Shown: positions 37,861 through 52,800 of the stretch, one piece after another
Numbering within the stretch: position 1 is the first letter of the stretch
How the letters are laid out: each line of letters opens with the position of its first letter
NCBI GenBank assembly: GCA_002269645.1
Contig: NIVC01001124.1
Location: 62,001 to 126,000 of the forward strand
Length of the DNA: 64,000 nucleotides
Direction of reading: 5' to 3'
DNA from: Macrostomum lignano
Taxonomy: Eukaryota
The notes under the pieces: model-generated
Told to the model about the DNA's origin: nothing
Databases searched by the model: none
The model's input: the letters and a program-made list of their open reading frames with translations, nothing else
Program-made: the position numbers and the translations under genes

Positions 37861-40800
37861 TTAGTCGACAACGGCCTGGTCTGACCCGCCAGTGGCGCCC
37901 TCCTCAATCTCGGGACTGTAAAACGACGGCTCAGCGTTCCGGCCGGACTTCAGCTTGGCTTTGCTTTTCTTCAGCATTGAGGCGCGCAGGGCGCTGCGCA
38001 GGATTACAACCTGGCCGCTGGACTGCACCCACGGCTCGCCATCGATCTGCGGTGCGGGAGGGAAGGCTGGCTGCTTAGCCTGAGGATCTGGGAGGCTGGC
38101 TGCTCAGCCTGAGGATCTGGGAGGCTGGCTGCTCAGCCTGAGGATCTGGGAGGCTGGCTGCTCAGTCTGATGATCTGGGAGGCTGGCTGCTCAGCCTGAG
38201 GATCTGGGAGGCTGGCTGCTCAGCCTGAGGTTCTGGGAGGCTGGCTGCTCAGCCTGAGGTTCTGGGAGGCTGGCTGCTCAGTCTGAGGATCTGGGAGGCT
38301 GGCTGCTCAGCCTGAGGATCTGGGAGGCTGGCTGCTCAGTCTGATGATCTGGGAGGCTGGCTGCTCAGTCTGATGATCTGGGAGGCTGGCTGCTCAGCCT
38401 GAGGATCTGGGAGGGTGCTAGCTCAAGGACTTTACAGAACTGAAGTACAGTAGATCTGTCCAATGACGTATTTAGCTACAGTCTCACTTAAGCAGCTCAA
38501 TGCACAAATTAGGTTGGCAATGATTGCTGGCACTGGAGTCTGCTACCCAGATTAGGGATAAAATATAGCCAAATGGTCTCTGAACCGGACCAAATGATTA
38601 GTGGAACGTGTGGCCAGCTCAAAAAGCCGCTGCTCAAGGGCGGGGCCGCTAAACTGTGAGTACCAGGGGGGGGAGGGCAAGTGGCGAAAGAGAAGAGATA
38701 TGAGCAACAATAAAAACACGGCAAAAAACAGACAGACCCTCCCGCCAGTCGGTCTCCCCAGGAAATGGGATAAAAAGAAGACAAGCAAAAATTAACCCAG
38801 AGGAAGAGAGAGAGATTTTGCTTTTTCTGCCTGCTAAGAGGAGTCTAAATTTAGCAGCCAAGCCTTACAAACTGCCGGAAAGAGGGACCCGCACACACAC
38901 ACAAGTGCCTCAATTTCGTTGCGTACGCATGAGAGATTAAAGCAGCATTAGTAGCTAAGCATTTGGCACAATTCGGTGAAATTGTACAGAATAAAAATAT
39001 ATAAGGAGCATTAACTACCAAAGCAAAAAACTGTAAAATTTAGCTTAGATACTCGTATATATAGAGACTGTCTGTCTTTGTCAGGAAGACAGTGTGAGCA
39101 GACAGTGAGCAGTGTGTGAGCAGACAGTGAGCAGTGTGTGAGCAGACATTGTGAGCAGTGTGTGAGCAGACATTGTGAGCAGTGTGTGAGCAGACATTGT
39201 GAGCAGTGTGTGAGCAGACATTGTGAGCAGTGTGTGAGCAGACAGTGAGCAGTGTGTGAGCAGACAGTGAGCAGTGTGTGAGCAGACATTGTGAGCAGTG
39301 TGTGAGCAGACATTGTGAGCAGTGTGTGAGCAGACAGTGAGCAGTGTGTGAGCAGACAGTGAGCAGTGTGTGAGCAGACATTGTGAGCAGTGTGTGAGCA
39401 GACATTGTGAGCAGTGTGTGAGCAGACATTGTGAGCAGTGTGTAAGCAGACATTGTGAGCAGTGTGTGAGCAGACATTGTGAGCAGTGTGTGAGCAGACA
39501 TTGCGAGCAGTGTGTGAGCAGACATTGTGAGCAGTGTGTGAGCAGACATTGCGAGCAGTGTGTGAGCAGACATTGTGAGCAGTGTGTGAGCAGACATTGT
39601 GAGCAGTGTATGCAGACATTGTGAGCAGTGTGTAAGCAGACATTGTGAGCAGTGTGTGAGCAGACATTGTGAGCAGTGTGTGAGCAGACATTGCGAGCAG
39701 TGTGTGAGCAGACATTGTGAGCAGTGTGTGAGCAGACATTGCGAGCAGTGTGTGAGCAGACATTGTGAGCAGTGTGTGAGCAGACATTGTGAGCAGTGTA
39801 TGCAGACAGTGTGAGCAGCAGCAGCAGGAGCAGTGAGAGCAGCACTGAGCACACCCAACAGCCAGAGCTGAGTGTTAATCAAAACTTGATCGAAATTAGC
39901 CGGCACGCGATGAAACTCGGGCAGACACGAGCGAGCACAAAAAAAAATTGCACGACTCTGGCCGGCTGGAGATGCGAGTCGCGAGTATCCCAAAAATCCG
40001 CATCATCTCCTTGCTTGTCCTTTTCTATCTGCCCGACCCGCCTTTTTATAGTGCCAGTTTCTCAGTCCAAAGCAGACTGGCAGGGCTATCGCTTCACCGT
40101 GCCTCAGTAGGAAAAAGGAGATTAAATAATTTTTTGTCTTGCACATCCTATCGGTCTTTTACTCTAGTAGAAGGGCGTGAGTAATTGATAATAATTCCTG
40201 AATCAACTTTTCAAATTAAGCGAAGGCGATGGAAGCGCTCACCTGCACGGGAATGTCGGCCTTCAGCGTGATTTTTATGTGACCGCCCTGGGCCAGTCGG
40301 CTGCCCGAGCGGAGGCCGCTGAATATCTGCGGGTGGGCGATAAGCGTGCAGGCAGTAGAGGGTCTGCTCATTGGGCTGTGGGGCGCACAGTGGGGCAGAG
40401 GAACAGACAGACAGCCACCCCACTCCACACGCACAGTGGGGCAGAGGAACAGACAGCCCCCCCACTCCACACGCAGTGGGGCAGAGGGACAGACAGCCAC
40501 CCCACTCCGCAAGCACAGTGGGGCAGAGGGACAGACAGCCACCCCACTCCCGCACGTACAGTGGGGCAGAGGGACAGACAGCCACCCCACTCTGCACGCA
40601 AAGTGGGCCAGAGGGACAGACAGCCACCCCACTCCCGCACGTACAGTGGGGCAGAGAGACAGACAGCCACCCCACTCACACACAGCTGCAACCAACCTGT
40701 CCCATGTGCACCATGCCGGTGACGCCGACCACTTCAAGCTGGCCGTCCCAGTGGTTCGGCCGGTTGAAATTGTCGTCCTTCTCGGTGCCCCACGGATTCG

Positions 40801-43800
40801 CCCCGCTGGCCCAGGACAGAATGTTGAGGATAATAATCCCTTCTAGCGGCGGCAAGTCGATGACTTTGCCATCAACCTCAACGATAATCTGCCTGTGCAA
40901 ATCCTTGCAGCTGCCTTTGTTAATCATTTTTCTAACGCTCATCTTAAAGTACACGCCCTTGTTATGGAAACGGGAGTTGAACTTTGAAGGATTCTCGTTG
41001 CGGGCCAGGTGGAAGTCCAGGGAGACGTCGGCGTCCAGACCTGCGGCAGAAAGGATTAGCGAAAATTCTCTCAATTCGTGGTTGAAAAACACAAACCAAA
41101 TTCGCCTGACTGTTTCATTTCCCTAAGCAAATGGGAACACGAAGTTCCCTGTGGAGCCGTCCACTCTTTCTCCAACCCAAGGCAGCCAGAACTAAGAAAG
41201 AAAGAGCAAGAGAAGCGGGAAGGAGCGGGTACATCCAATCAACAGGCCGATTCCCTCGCACCAGCCAGTATTCCCAATTTCCCGGATGAATTTGCCACGG
41301 CCAATCAATCAATTAATCGATAAATAAATAAAATTTGCCAGGTCACAAACCGGCCCCGACTCATAAGATTAAATATAAATGGCCAATCTAACCTGGTTAC
41401 GGTCTGCCAGTTTCTATGGCACCTCCTGTCACCCATACTTAGCACTCTCGTTCACCCATACTTAGCACCCCTGTTACCCATACTTAGCACTCCCGTTCAC
41501 CCATACTTATTAACCCTGTCGCCCATACTTATTAACCCTGTCGCCCATACTTGGTACTCCCTGTCACCCATATTTAGTACCCCCTGTCACCTATATTTAA
41601 TAACCCCTGTCACCCATACTTGGTACTCAGTATAACCCATATTAGTACCTCCTGTCACCCATGCTTCACTGCACCTGCAGACAACAGGCCTAGAAGGATA
41701 ACAAATCTCCAGCCTTTGCGTGCTAATCGGTCCGAAAGTCAGTCAAGCTTCTCCAGTTCCGGATAACATCCGGACCAACCCCCTGCAGTCTGTCGGCAAC
41801 ACCTTGATGACACAACCCTGCACTGGCATAATTTATGTGCCATATACAAGAAAGTCGCGGCAGTGACGCCCTCGAACGCCCCCGCAGCTCACCGATGCCG
41901 AAGTAATTATTCATAACGAATATGCTAGCATTGTCCTCGTTTGTGTTGGCGGCGTTGCTTTCGTATTGCAGCTGCACTTTGGTCTCGTCCTTCTCCTTCT
42001 CCTCCGGGTGGAAGATCACCGTCCATCTGCCCGTGAGGGGGTTAGAGGTGTCAATCAGCATGCCAATGATTGTAGTCTACTGGAGCTTTGTTTTATTCGA
42101 CACATTAATTATCTTATGACTAAGAGCTGAGTATCTCATGACTGACTAACAGGTGAGTATCTCATGACTGACTAACAGGTGAATATCTCATGACTGACTA
42201 ACAGGTGAATATCTCATGACTGACTAACAGGTGAATATCTCATGACTGACTAACAGGTGAATATCTCATGACTGACTAACAGGTGAATATCTCATGACTG
42301 ACTAACAGGTGAATATCTCATGACTGACTAACAGGTGAATATCTCATGACTGACTAACAGGTGAATATCTCATGACTGACTAACAGGTGAATATCTCATG
42401 ACTGACCAACAGGTGAATATCTCATGACTGACTAACAGGTGAATATCTCATGACTGACCAACAGGTGAATATCTCATGACTGACTAACAGGTGAATATCA
42501 GGGCTAAATACGCTCGTAAGAGCCAAATTTTAGCCATAAATCAATCAACGCCTGTCAGTACACGATTTATCTCACCTGTCCAGCGTCACCACCTCCGCCT
42601 CGGCCACGTCCCTGAGTATGTTCAGGGGCAGTTCCTGGCCGGAGTAGCCGGAGCCCCAGCGCAGCACCCGGGACAGATCGTTGCCGGTGCCCAGAGGCAC
42701 GATGGCCATAGGCGGATAGTTGCACTTGGCATCCGGGCCGACGTTGTCCAGGCAGCTGAGGGCCCAGCCAACCGTGCCGTCTCCGCCGCACACCAGGATT
42801 TTATAATAAGGAACTTGCCTGCGGAGATAGGTTAGTTAGGGCGATTGTGTTAGGCGACTATATTGTGCTCATACGGACTAGAGCTCATTGGGAATGAAGC
42901 TCATTAAGAATGTAGCTCATTGGGACTGGAGTTCATAGGGAATGGAGCTCATAGGGACTGGAGCTCATAGGGACTGGAGCTCATAGGGACTGGAGTTCAT
43001 AGGGAATGGAGCTCATAGGGACTGGAGCTCATAGGGACTGGAGCTCATAGGGACTGGAGCTCATAGGGACTGGATGGAGCGCATAGGGATTGTAGTTCAT
43101 AGGGACTGCATGGAGTTCATAGGGACTGGAGTTCATAGGGACTGGAGTTCACTGGGACTGGAGTTCATAGGGACTGGAGTTCACTGGGACTGGAGTTCAC
43201 TGGGACTGGAGTTCATAGGGACTGGAGTTCACTGGGACTGGAGTTCATAGGGACTGGAGTTCACTGGGACTGGAGTTCACTGGGACTGGAGTGCATAGGG
43301 ACTGGAGTTCACTGGGACTGGAGTTCACTGGGACTGGAGCTCATAGGGACTGGAGTTCACTGGGACTGGAGTTCACTGGGACTGGAGTTCACTGGGACTG
43401 GAGTTCACTGGGACTGGAGTTCACTGGGACTGGAGTTCACTGGGACTGGAGTTCACTGGGACTGGAGTTCATAGGGACTGGAGTTCATAGGGACTGCATG
43501 GAGCTCATAGGGACTAGAGTTCATAGGGACTGGAGTTCACTGGGACTGGAGTTCATAGGGACTGGAGTTCACTGGGACTGGAGTTCACTGGGACTGGAGC
43601 TCAAAGGGACTGGAGTTCACTGGGACTGGAGTTCATAGGGACTGGAGTTCACTGGGACTGGAGTTCATAGGGACTGGAGTTCACTGGGATTGGAGTTCAC
43701 TGGGACTGGAGTTCATAGGGACTGGAGTTCACTGGGACTGGAGTTCACTGGGACTGGAGCTCATAGGGACTGGAGTTCACTGGGACTGGAGTTCACTGGG

Positions 43801-46800
43801 ACTGGAGTTCACTGGGACTGGAGTTCATAGGGACTGGAGTTCACTGGGACTGGAGTTCACTGGGACTGGAGTTCATAGGGACTGGAGTTCATAGGGACTG
43901 CATGGAGCTCATAGGGACTAGAGTTCATAGGGACTGGAGTTCACTGGGACTGGAGTTCATAGGGACTGGAGTTCACTGGGACTGGAGTTCACTGGGACTG
44001 GAGCTCAAAGGGACTGGAGTTCACTGGGACTGGAGTTCATAGGGACTGGAGTTCACTGGGACTGGAGTTCATAGGGACTGGAGTTCACTGGGATTGGAGT
44101 TCACTGGGACTGGAGTTCATAGGGACTGGAGTTCACTGGGACTGGAGTTCACTGGGACTGGAGCTCATAGGGACTGGAGTTCACTGGGACTGGAGTTCAC
44201 TGGGACTGGAGTTCACTGGGACTGGAGTTCATAGGGACTGGAGTTCACTGGGACTGGAGTTCACTGGGACTGGAGTTCACTGGGACTGGAGTTCATAGGG
44301 ACTGGAGTTCACTGGGACTGGAGTTCACTGGGACTGGAGTTCACTGGGACTGGAGTTCATAGGGACTGGAGTTCACTGGGACTGGAGTTCACTGGGACTG
44401 GAGTTCATAGGGACTGGAGTTCACTGGGACTGGAGTTCACTGGGACTGGAGTTCATAGGGACTGGAGTTCACTGGGACTGGAGTTCACTGGGACTGGAGT
44501 TCACTGGGACTGGAGTTCACTGGGACTGGAGTTCACTGGGACTGGAGTTCATAGGGACTGGAGTTCACTGGGACTGGAGTTCACTGGGACTGGAGTTCAT
44601 AGGGACTGGAGTTCACTGGGACTGGAGTTCACTGGGACTGGAGTTCACTGGGACTGGAGTTCATAGAGACTGGAGTTTATAGGGACTGGAGTTCATAGGG
44701 ACTGCATGGAGTTCACTGGGACTGGAGTTCACTGGGACTGGAGTTCATAGAGACTGGAGTTTATAGGGACTGGAGTTCATAGGGACTGCATGGAGTTCAC
44801 TGGGACTGGAGTTCACTGGGACTGGAGTTCATAGGGACTGGAGTTCATAGGGACTGGAGTTCACTGGGACTGGAGTTCACTGGGACTGGAGTTCATAGGG
44901 ACTGGAGTTCACTGGGACTGGAGTTCACTGGGACTGGAGTTCATAGGGACTGGAGTTCACTGGGACTGGAGTTCACTGGGACTGGAGTTCACTGGGACTG
45001 GAGTTCACTGGGACTGGAGTTCACTGGGACTGGAGTTCACTGGGACTGGAGTTCATAGGGACTGCATGGAGTTCACTGGGACTGGAGTTCACTGGGACTG
45101 GAGTTCATAGAGACTGGAGTTTATAGGGACTGGAGTTCACTGGGACTGGAGTTCATAGAGACTGGAGTTTATAGGGACTGGAGTTCATAGGGACTGCATG
45201 GAGTTCACTGGGACTGGAGTTCACTGGGACTGGAGTTCATAGGGACTGCATGGAGTTCACTGGGACTGGAGTTCACTGGGACTGGAGTTCATAGGGACTG
45301 GAGTTCATAAGAAGTAGAGCTCATAGAGAATGAAGAAAATGGGAGCATAGCGTTCAGGGGAATGAAAATAGTTCATAGGGTAATTAAATTTATGGGGAAC
45401 TGAGTTGATCAGGGAATCGAAGTTAATAGTGAATAACAATGTTATCAATCTCCCTAATATATGATTGTTGTTAAATGGCTACTAGAGACTGGTGTTGCAA
45501 CGGGGAGAATTAAAGCAGCTAAAAGGAGAAAGCCTGGAGTTCCCGTTTGAATTCTTCATAACCGGTGCATTGCATGGGTCGGCCGGTAGAGAGCAGCGAA
45601 TTCGGTCGGAGATTCAGCAAACGCAGGCGGATTTAGACGAGGGAAGGGGAGGAGGTAGTGGCAGCGCGTGGAGAAGGGGATAAAAATCCTCCCTTGGGAG
45701 AAGCAGCCGGGAAATTGAGAAAGAGAGGGGAGAGGGAGAGAAAGAAAAAGACGAGAGGACGGCTTAAGACGACTCAGTCTGACTTGGGAAGGAAATGCGC
45801 TGGCTACGAAAACCTGGGAGCTTTACTCTTCATCGTATATATATTTTTTGCCTCGCCAGCCTCCCTCCCTCCCTGTAGCTGTCGGCTGTCGCCTGAGCTT
45901 TCTTCTGGGCTGGCGGGCTAGAAGCCTCCACCAGCCGTTCCGATACGCCTCTCGCCTCGGCTCCAGCCCGACGGGCGGTAATTAAGTGTTAATTTCGGGA
46001 GCACGCTGCCCGCTAGCCCCTACCCGGATGGGAGGTCCAGATTAAAACTGCCAATCTATCTAAGCTGCAGTTCGAACCAAGCCCGAGAGGGGGAGCGAGC
46101 TGTTGCCACAGCCTCAACATTTATTACGTTTTAGTAATTTTCAGCGTTGTGAATCGCGGATTTTAGCTGATTTGAAAACTTAGAATGCTAATATGAATGT
46201 TTGCTGATTTGCAACGCTTGCTGTCAGTGGGATGGGATATTTGCTGTGTATGTGATGGGGATATTTGCTGTCAGTGGGATGGGATATTTGCTGTGTATGT
46301 GATGGGGATATTTGCTGTCAGTGGGATGGGATATTTGCTGTCAGTTGTGATGGGAATACTTGCTGTCAGTTGTAATGGGGATATTTGCTGTCAGTGAGAT
46401 GGGGATATTTGCTGTCAGTGGGATGGGGATATTTGCTGTCAGTGGGATGGGATATTTGCTGTGTATGAGATGGGGATATTTGCTGTCAGTGGGATGGGAT
46501 ATTTGCTGTGTATGAGATGGGGATATTTGCTGTGTCTGAGATGGCGATATTTGCTGTGTATGAGATGGGGATATTTGCTGTCAGTTGTGATGGGGATATT
46601 TGCTGTCAGTGAGATGGGGATATTTGCTGTCAGTTGTGATGGGGATATTTGTTGTCAGTGGGATGGGATATTTGCTGTGTATGAGATGGGGATATTTGCT
46701 GTCAGTTGTGATTGGGATATTTGTTGTCAGTGGGATGGGATATTTGCTGTGTATGAGATGGGGATTTTTGCTGTCAGTTGTGATGGGGATATTTGCTGTC

Positions 46801-49800
46801 AGTTGTGATGGGGATATTTTCTGTCAGTGGGATGGGGATATTTGCTGTCATTGGGATGGGATATTTGCTGTCAGTTGTGATGGGGATATTTGCTGTCAGT
46901 GGGATGGGGATATTTGCTGTCAGTGGGATGGGATATTTGCTGTCAGTTGTGATGGGGATATTTGCTGTCAGTTCTGATGGGGATATTTGCTGTCAGTGGG
47001 ATGGGGATATTTGCTGTCAGTGGGATGGGATATTTGCTGTGTATGAGATGGGGATATTTGCTGTCAGTTGTGATTGGGATATATTTGCTGTCAGTGGGAT
47101 GGGGATATTTGCTGTCAGTGAGATGGGGATATTTGCTGTCAGTGAGATGGGGATATTTGCTGTCAGTGGGATGGGGATATTTTCTGTCAGTGAGATGAGG
47201 ATATTTGCTGTCAGTGGGATGGGATATTTTCTGTCAGTTTTGATGGGGATATTTTCTGTCAGTGGGATGGGGATATTTGCTGTCAGTGGGATAGGGATAT
47301 TTGCTGTCAGTGAGATGGGGATATTTGCTGTGTCTGAGATGGCGATATTTGCTGTGTATGAGATGGGGATATTTGCTGTCAGTTGTGATGGGGATATTTG
47401 CTGTCAGTGAGATGGGGATATTTGCTGTCAGTTGTGATGGGGATATTTGTTGTCAGTGGGATGGGATATTTGCTGTGTATGAGATGGGGATACTTGCTGT
47501 CAGTTGTGATGGGGATATTTGCTGTCAGTGAGATGGGGATATTTGCTGTCAGTGGGATGGGGATATTTGCTGTCAGTGGGATGGGATATTTGCTGTGTAT
47601 GAGATGGGGATATTTGCTGTCAGTGGGATGGGGATATTTGCTGTCAGTGGGATGGGGATATTTGCTGTGTATGAGATGGGGATATTTGCTGTCAGTGGGA
47701 TGGGGATATTTGCTGTGTATGACGCTCCGCACCCACCGGAACACGTAGAGGCCTGGCAGGGGACCGCCGTAGTCCAAGTTGAACACCTGATGCGGATTAA
47801 GCAGCTTGCGAAACGCTGTGACCAGCTCGATGCCCTGACAGCCGCCGCTCTTCACGTTAACCAGCACCAGCACTGGGGTGATGCCGTCCGGTATCATCTC
47901 TGGGTGCAGGTGCGGCAGCGGCAGCACCAGCAACGGTTTGTCATCGAACCATTGGTCGCGAAGTACACTGTAAGCCTGCTGCAGGCGAGCTGCGCTTCGG
48001 TACACGAGCACTAATGCGCCGTACTCGTAGTAGATAACGTCGATACTGTCCCACTTGTTCTCTGGGCAATGGGAGATCAGATAGAACTCATGGTAAGGAA
48101 CCATTTATCCAAATTACTCCAACATGCAATTTAGATTTGAAAAAATATTGAACTTCAACTGGTCTTCAAGTCGCGACTCGATCTCAGTACCTTCTCAGAT
48201 ATACGCATAAGCCTCAACTCAACTGGTCATTTATCAGTCTTACACGTACGTGAGAATCGAACTCGGGACCTTATCAGTTTTACACGCACGTGAGAATCGA
48301 ACTCGGGACCTTATTAGTTTTACACGTACGTGAGACTCGAACTCGGGACCTTATCAGTCTTACACGTACGTGAGAATCGAACTCGGGACCTTATCAGTCT
48401 TACACGTACGCGGTACTCGAACTCGGGACCTTATCAGTTTTACACGCACGTGAGAATCGAACTCGGGACCTTATTAGTTTTACACGTACGTGAGACTCGA
48501 ACTCGGGACCTTATCAGTCTTACACGTACGTGAGAATCGAACTCGGGACCTTATCAGTCTTACACGTACGCGGTACTCGAACTCGGGACCTTATCAGTCT
48601 TACACGTACGTGAGACTCGAACTCGGGACCTTATCAGTCTTACACGTAAGTGGACTCGAACTCAGGACCTACTCAGTTTTAATGTAACATAATAATAATT
48701 GATAACTTCAGTCAATATTTTTTCTCCGATTTTCACATAAAAATCGAACTCAGGACCATCCTTAGGAGAACCAAAACACCATAAAATTCTTACCTGGTCC
48801 CAATTTCTCAAGCAGAATTTTCTCGTAAACCCGTTGCGACATGCCGTTCATCAGATTGCCGACAAACATAGCGGCGCCGGCCGGGGCGACGCCTCGCGAA
48901 TCGGTCAACGACTGTACATGAAATCTAGTCAGGCGGTATTGCCGAACAGAGTCGCGCCTGATGGCGGCCAGCAGCGGCAAAAGTCGCTCCTCGCGCGGCA
49001 GCGGTCGCTGAGTAACAGTTCGGTCTAGGCTGACCTCAACCAGCTCCAGCGTGGCCGGATCCGCGCCCTCGGCCGAGCGCATCCGCTTAGCCGACGAAAC
49101 CAGCGCGTCGCCGGCGGTGGTGTCCGGGCCGACGGTAACGTCAACGCCGCGACCCCGGCCGGGCAGGCCGATCGGGTAGACCCGGATAACGGCCGGCTCG
49201 GAGCTGCTGGCCGAGCTGCGATAGCGCAGGATCACCGCCGGCCGTCTGGCATCGTAGCGGAACTGCTGCCGGACAGGTGAGGCCTCATCTAGCGGCCGCT
49301 CGCCGCAGTCCTTCTCCGAGTATTCGTGCACGGTGTACCGGCTGGCGTCCTCAGCCATGTTGTAGGCCCGCAGGGAGCTCTCCGTCAGCTGAGCAACCGT
49401 CGTGCCGCGCTGGATGCCTACCAGGCGGTACAGCCGGCGCTGCGCCGAGTAGTTGCCGTCGAACACCTGAAGGTGGGGGGAGAGAGCAGCTCAGCGGTAA
49501 ACTTGTCTGAGCCTCATTTGGCCGAGGGGTGTCATGATGTCACACTCACGAGGGCCAACCCCTAAGGCACAGCTAAGCAGGGGAGTTGCCACCGGGGGGG
49601 GGGGCCGAGGGGATATGTCCCCCAAGTACTCGTAAAAGCTATGGTGGGACATGCCAATGCTTTGTCCCCCACCCCACCTTGTGAATTGTTGTGAAAACCA
49701 ATGATATTACTTTAGGTCGTCAAAAAAAGCGCCTGCGGCGCCAAAATGAGTGCCTGCGGCGTCAAAATGAGTGTCTGCGGCGCCAAAATGAGTGCCTGCG

Positions 49801-52800
49801 GCGCTAAAATGAGTGCCTGCGGCGTCAAAATGAGTGTCTGCGGCGCCAAAATGAGTGCCTGCGGCGCTAAAATGAGTGCCTGCAGTGCCAAAATGAGTGC
49901 CTGCGGCGCTTAAATGAGTGCCTGCAGTGTCAAAATGAGTGCCTGCGGCGCTAAAATGAGTGCCTGCAGTGCCAAAATGAGTGCCTGCGGCGCTTAAATG
50001 AGTGCCTGCAGTGTCAAAATGAGTGCCTGCGGTGCTAAAATGAGTGTCTGCAGTGCCAAAATGAGTGCCTGCGGCGCTAAAATGAGTGCCTGCAGTGCCA
50101 AAATGAGTGCCTGCGGCGCTTAAATGAGTGCCTGCAGTGCCAAAATGAGTGCCTGCGGCGCCAAAAATGAGCGCAACACCGATTCTCAAAATAGTGTGTA
50201 CATGTAAGATAGGAATTTATTCTTATACATGTACATGAAGAATTCTTGGCTTCGTCTCCCCACCATAAAATCCATGGGCAACGCCCCTGCAGTGAAGTGT
50301 ACATGCCTGACGATTAGACAGTCAACAGGGGCGCTGTACACCCTGTGCGAGCGATTGTATGCTCAGGAGTCAGTGGAATGGGGGCAGAATCGCCGTCAGC
50401 GCTGCTTGTGAGACAATGTCGCCGAAGGCGTTGCGCCAAGGTGCCCCACAGCCCTGCAACTACTTCGAAGCATCAATTTTACCTTCACGAGGTCCTCGTT
50501 GCCGGCGTCCGATTTGTCTTTCTGGCCGGGCCGCCTGCCCTGCGCCTGCTGCGGCTGGTCCAGGCCGGAGGCGCCGCCGATTGCCGCAGCGTCATCGCCG
50601 CGGGCCGAGTCTCCGCCGCTGCTGGACCAGTCCTCGCTGATAGTGCGGGCTGCGCCAATGGGAATTAAGGGCCGATGATTGCAGCGGGATTCGAACTTAT
50701 AACTTTTACTCACTGCCTGTCTCTTCTAAGGTGTGAGAGCACTTGAGAGTGCGAGTACTCATTGACATTCCAACACTCCCTGATTGACATTCCAACTCTC
50801 TAACAGACATTCCAACTCTCCCTGATTGACATTCCAACCCTCCCTGATTGACATTCCAACTCTATCTGATTGACATTCCAACTCTCCCTGATTGACATTC
50901 CAACTCTCCCTGATTGACATTCCAACTCTCCCTGTTTGACATTCCAACTCTCCCTGATTGACATTCCAACTCTCCCTGATTGACATTCCAACTCTCCCTG
51001 ATTGACATTCCAACTCTCCCTGATTGACATTCCAACTCTCCCTGATTGACATTCCAACTCTCCCTGATTGATATTCCAACTCTCCCTGATTGACATTCCA
51101 ACTCTCCCTGATTGACATTCCAACTCTCCTTGATTTACATTCCAACTCTCCCTGATTGACATTCCAACTCTCCCTGATTGACATTCCAACTCTCCCTGAT
51201 TGACATTCCAACTCTCTCTAACTGCCATTCCGACTTTTGCGCGTGCTTTTGTATTAGAATTTATTTACACACACTATTAAAGAAAATCTTGCACAACAAT
51301 AGATTTCTGTGCTTGTTTGAGTGCATAGCGTATGTAGCGACAGTGCATTGGCAGGTGCATGTGCGCCTATCTAAACGGTATTAACTACATTGAGGGACAG
51401 AAGGTGCGTGAATTAGGCCTGCATTTTCTAACCCCCTCCTCAATCTCCCCGATGAAGCCATTGATAACAATGGCAATCTTGAATGCCAGGGTTGACATTG
51501 ACACGCGGATAACAAAGATTAAAGTATATGTGTAGAAAAAAACATATTTCAGGACAGACTATCAGACACTCAAGAAGTAAATAACATCAACTCTAAAGCT
51601 AAGAGGAACATGTGTAAGTATTTTAAATTTCAATATTTAATAACAAATGAGAAAATAATTAGTCAATAAGGAAATGTGGAAGACAAACAGCAAAAACTAG
51701 CCATAGAGACGAGACTAGCCATAGAGACAGAGACTAGCCATAGAGACAGAGACTAGCCATAGAGACAGAGACTAGCCATAGAGACAGACACTAGCCATAG
51801 AGACAGAGACTAGCCATAGAGACAGAGACTAGCCATAGAGACAGACACTAGCCATAGAGACAGACACTAGCCATAGAGACAGACACTAGCCATAGAGACA
51901 GACACTAGCCATAGAGACAGACACTAGCCATAGAGACAGAGAATAGCCATAGAGACAGACACTAGCCATAGAGACAGAGACTAGTCATAGAGACAGACAC
52001 TAGCCATAGAGACAGAGACTAGTCATAGAGACAGACACTAGCCATAGAGACAGAGATTAGTCATAGAGACAGAGACTAGCCATAGAGACAGACACTAGCC
52101 ATAGAGACAGACACTAGCCATAGAGACAGACACTAGCCATAGAGACAGACACTAGCCATAGAGACAGACACTGGCCATAGAGACAGACACTAGCCATAGA
52201 GACAGACACTAGCCATAGAGACAGACACTAGCCATAGAGACAGACACTAGCCATAGAGACAGAGACTAGCCATAGAGACAGACACTAGCCACAGAGACAG
52301 ACACTAGCCACAGAGACAGACACTAGCCATAGAGACAGACACTAGCCACAGAGACAGAGACTAGCCACAGAGGCAGACACTAGCCACAGAGACAGACACT
52401 AGCCACAGAGACAGACACTAGCCACAGAGACAGAGACTAGTCATAGAGACAGACACTAGCCATAGAGACAGAGACTAGCCACAGAGACAGACACTAGCCA
52501 CAGAGACAGAGACTAGCCATAGAGACAGACACTAGCCACAGAGGCAGACACTAGCCACAGAGGCAGACACTAGCCACAGAGACAGACACTAGCCATAGAG
52601 ACAGAGACTAGCCATAGAGACAGAGACTAGCCATAGAGACAGAGACTAGCCATAGAGACAGACACTAGCCACAGAGGCAGACACTAGCCACAGAGACAGA
52701 CACTAGCCACAGAGACAGACACTAGCCACAGAGACAGAGACTAGCCCAGAGGCACTCCAGGAAGACAAAAGCAGACTCAGACCAGAGCAAAAAGCTCGCA

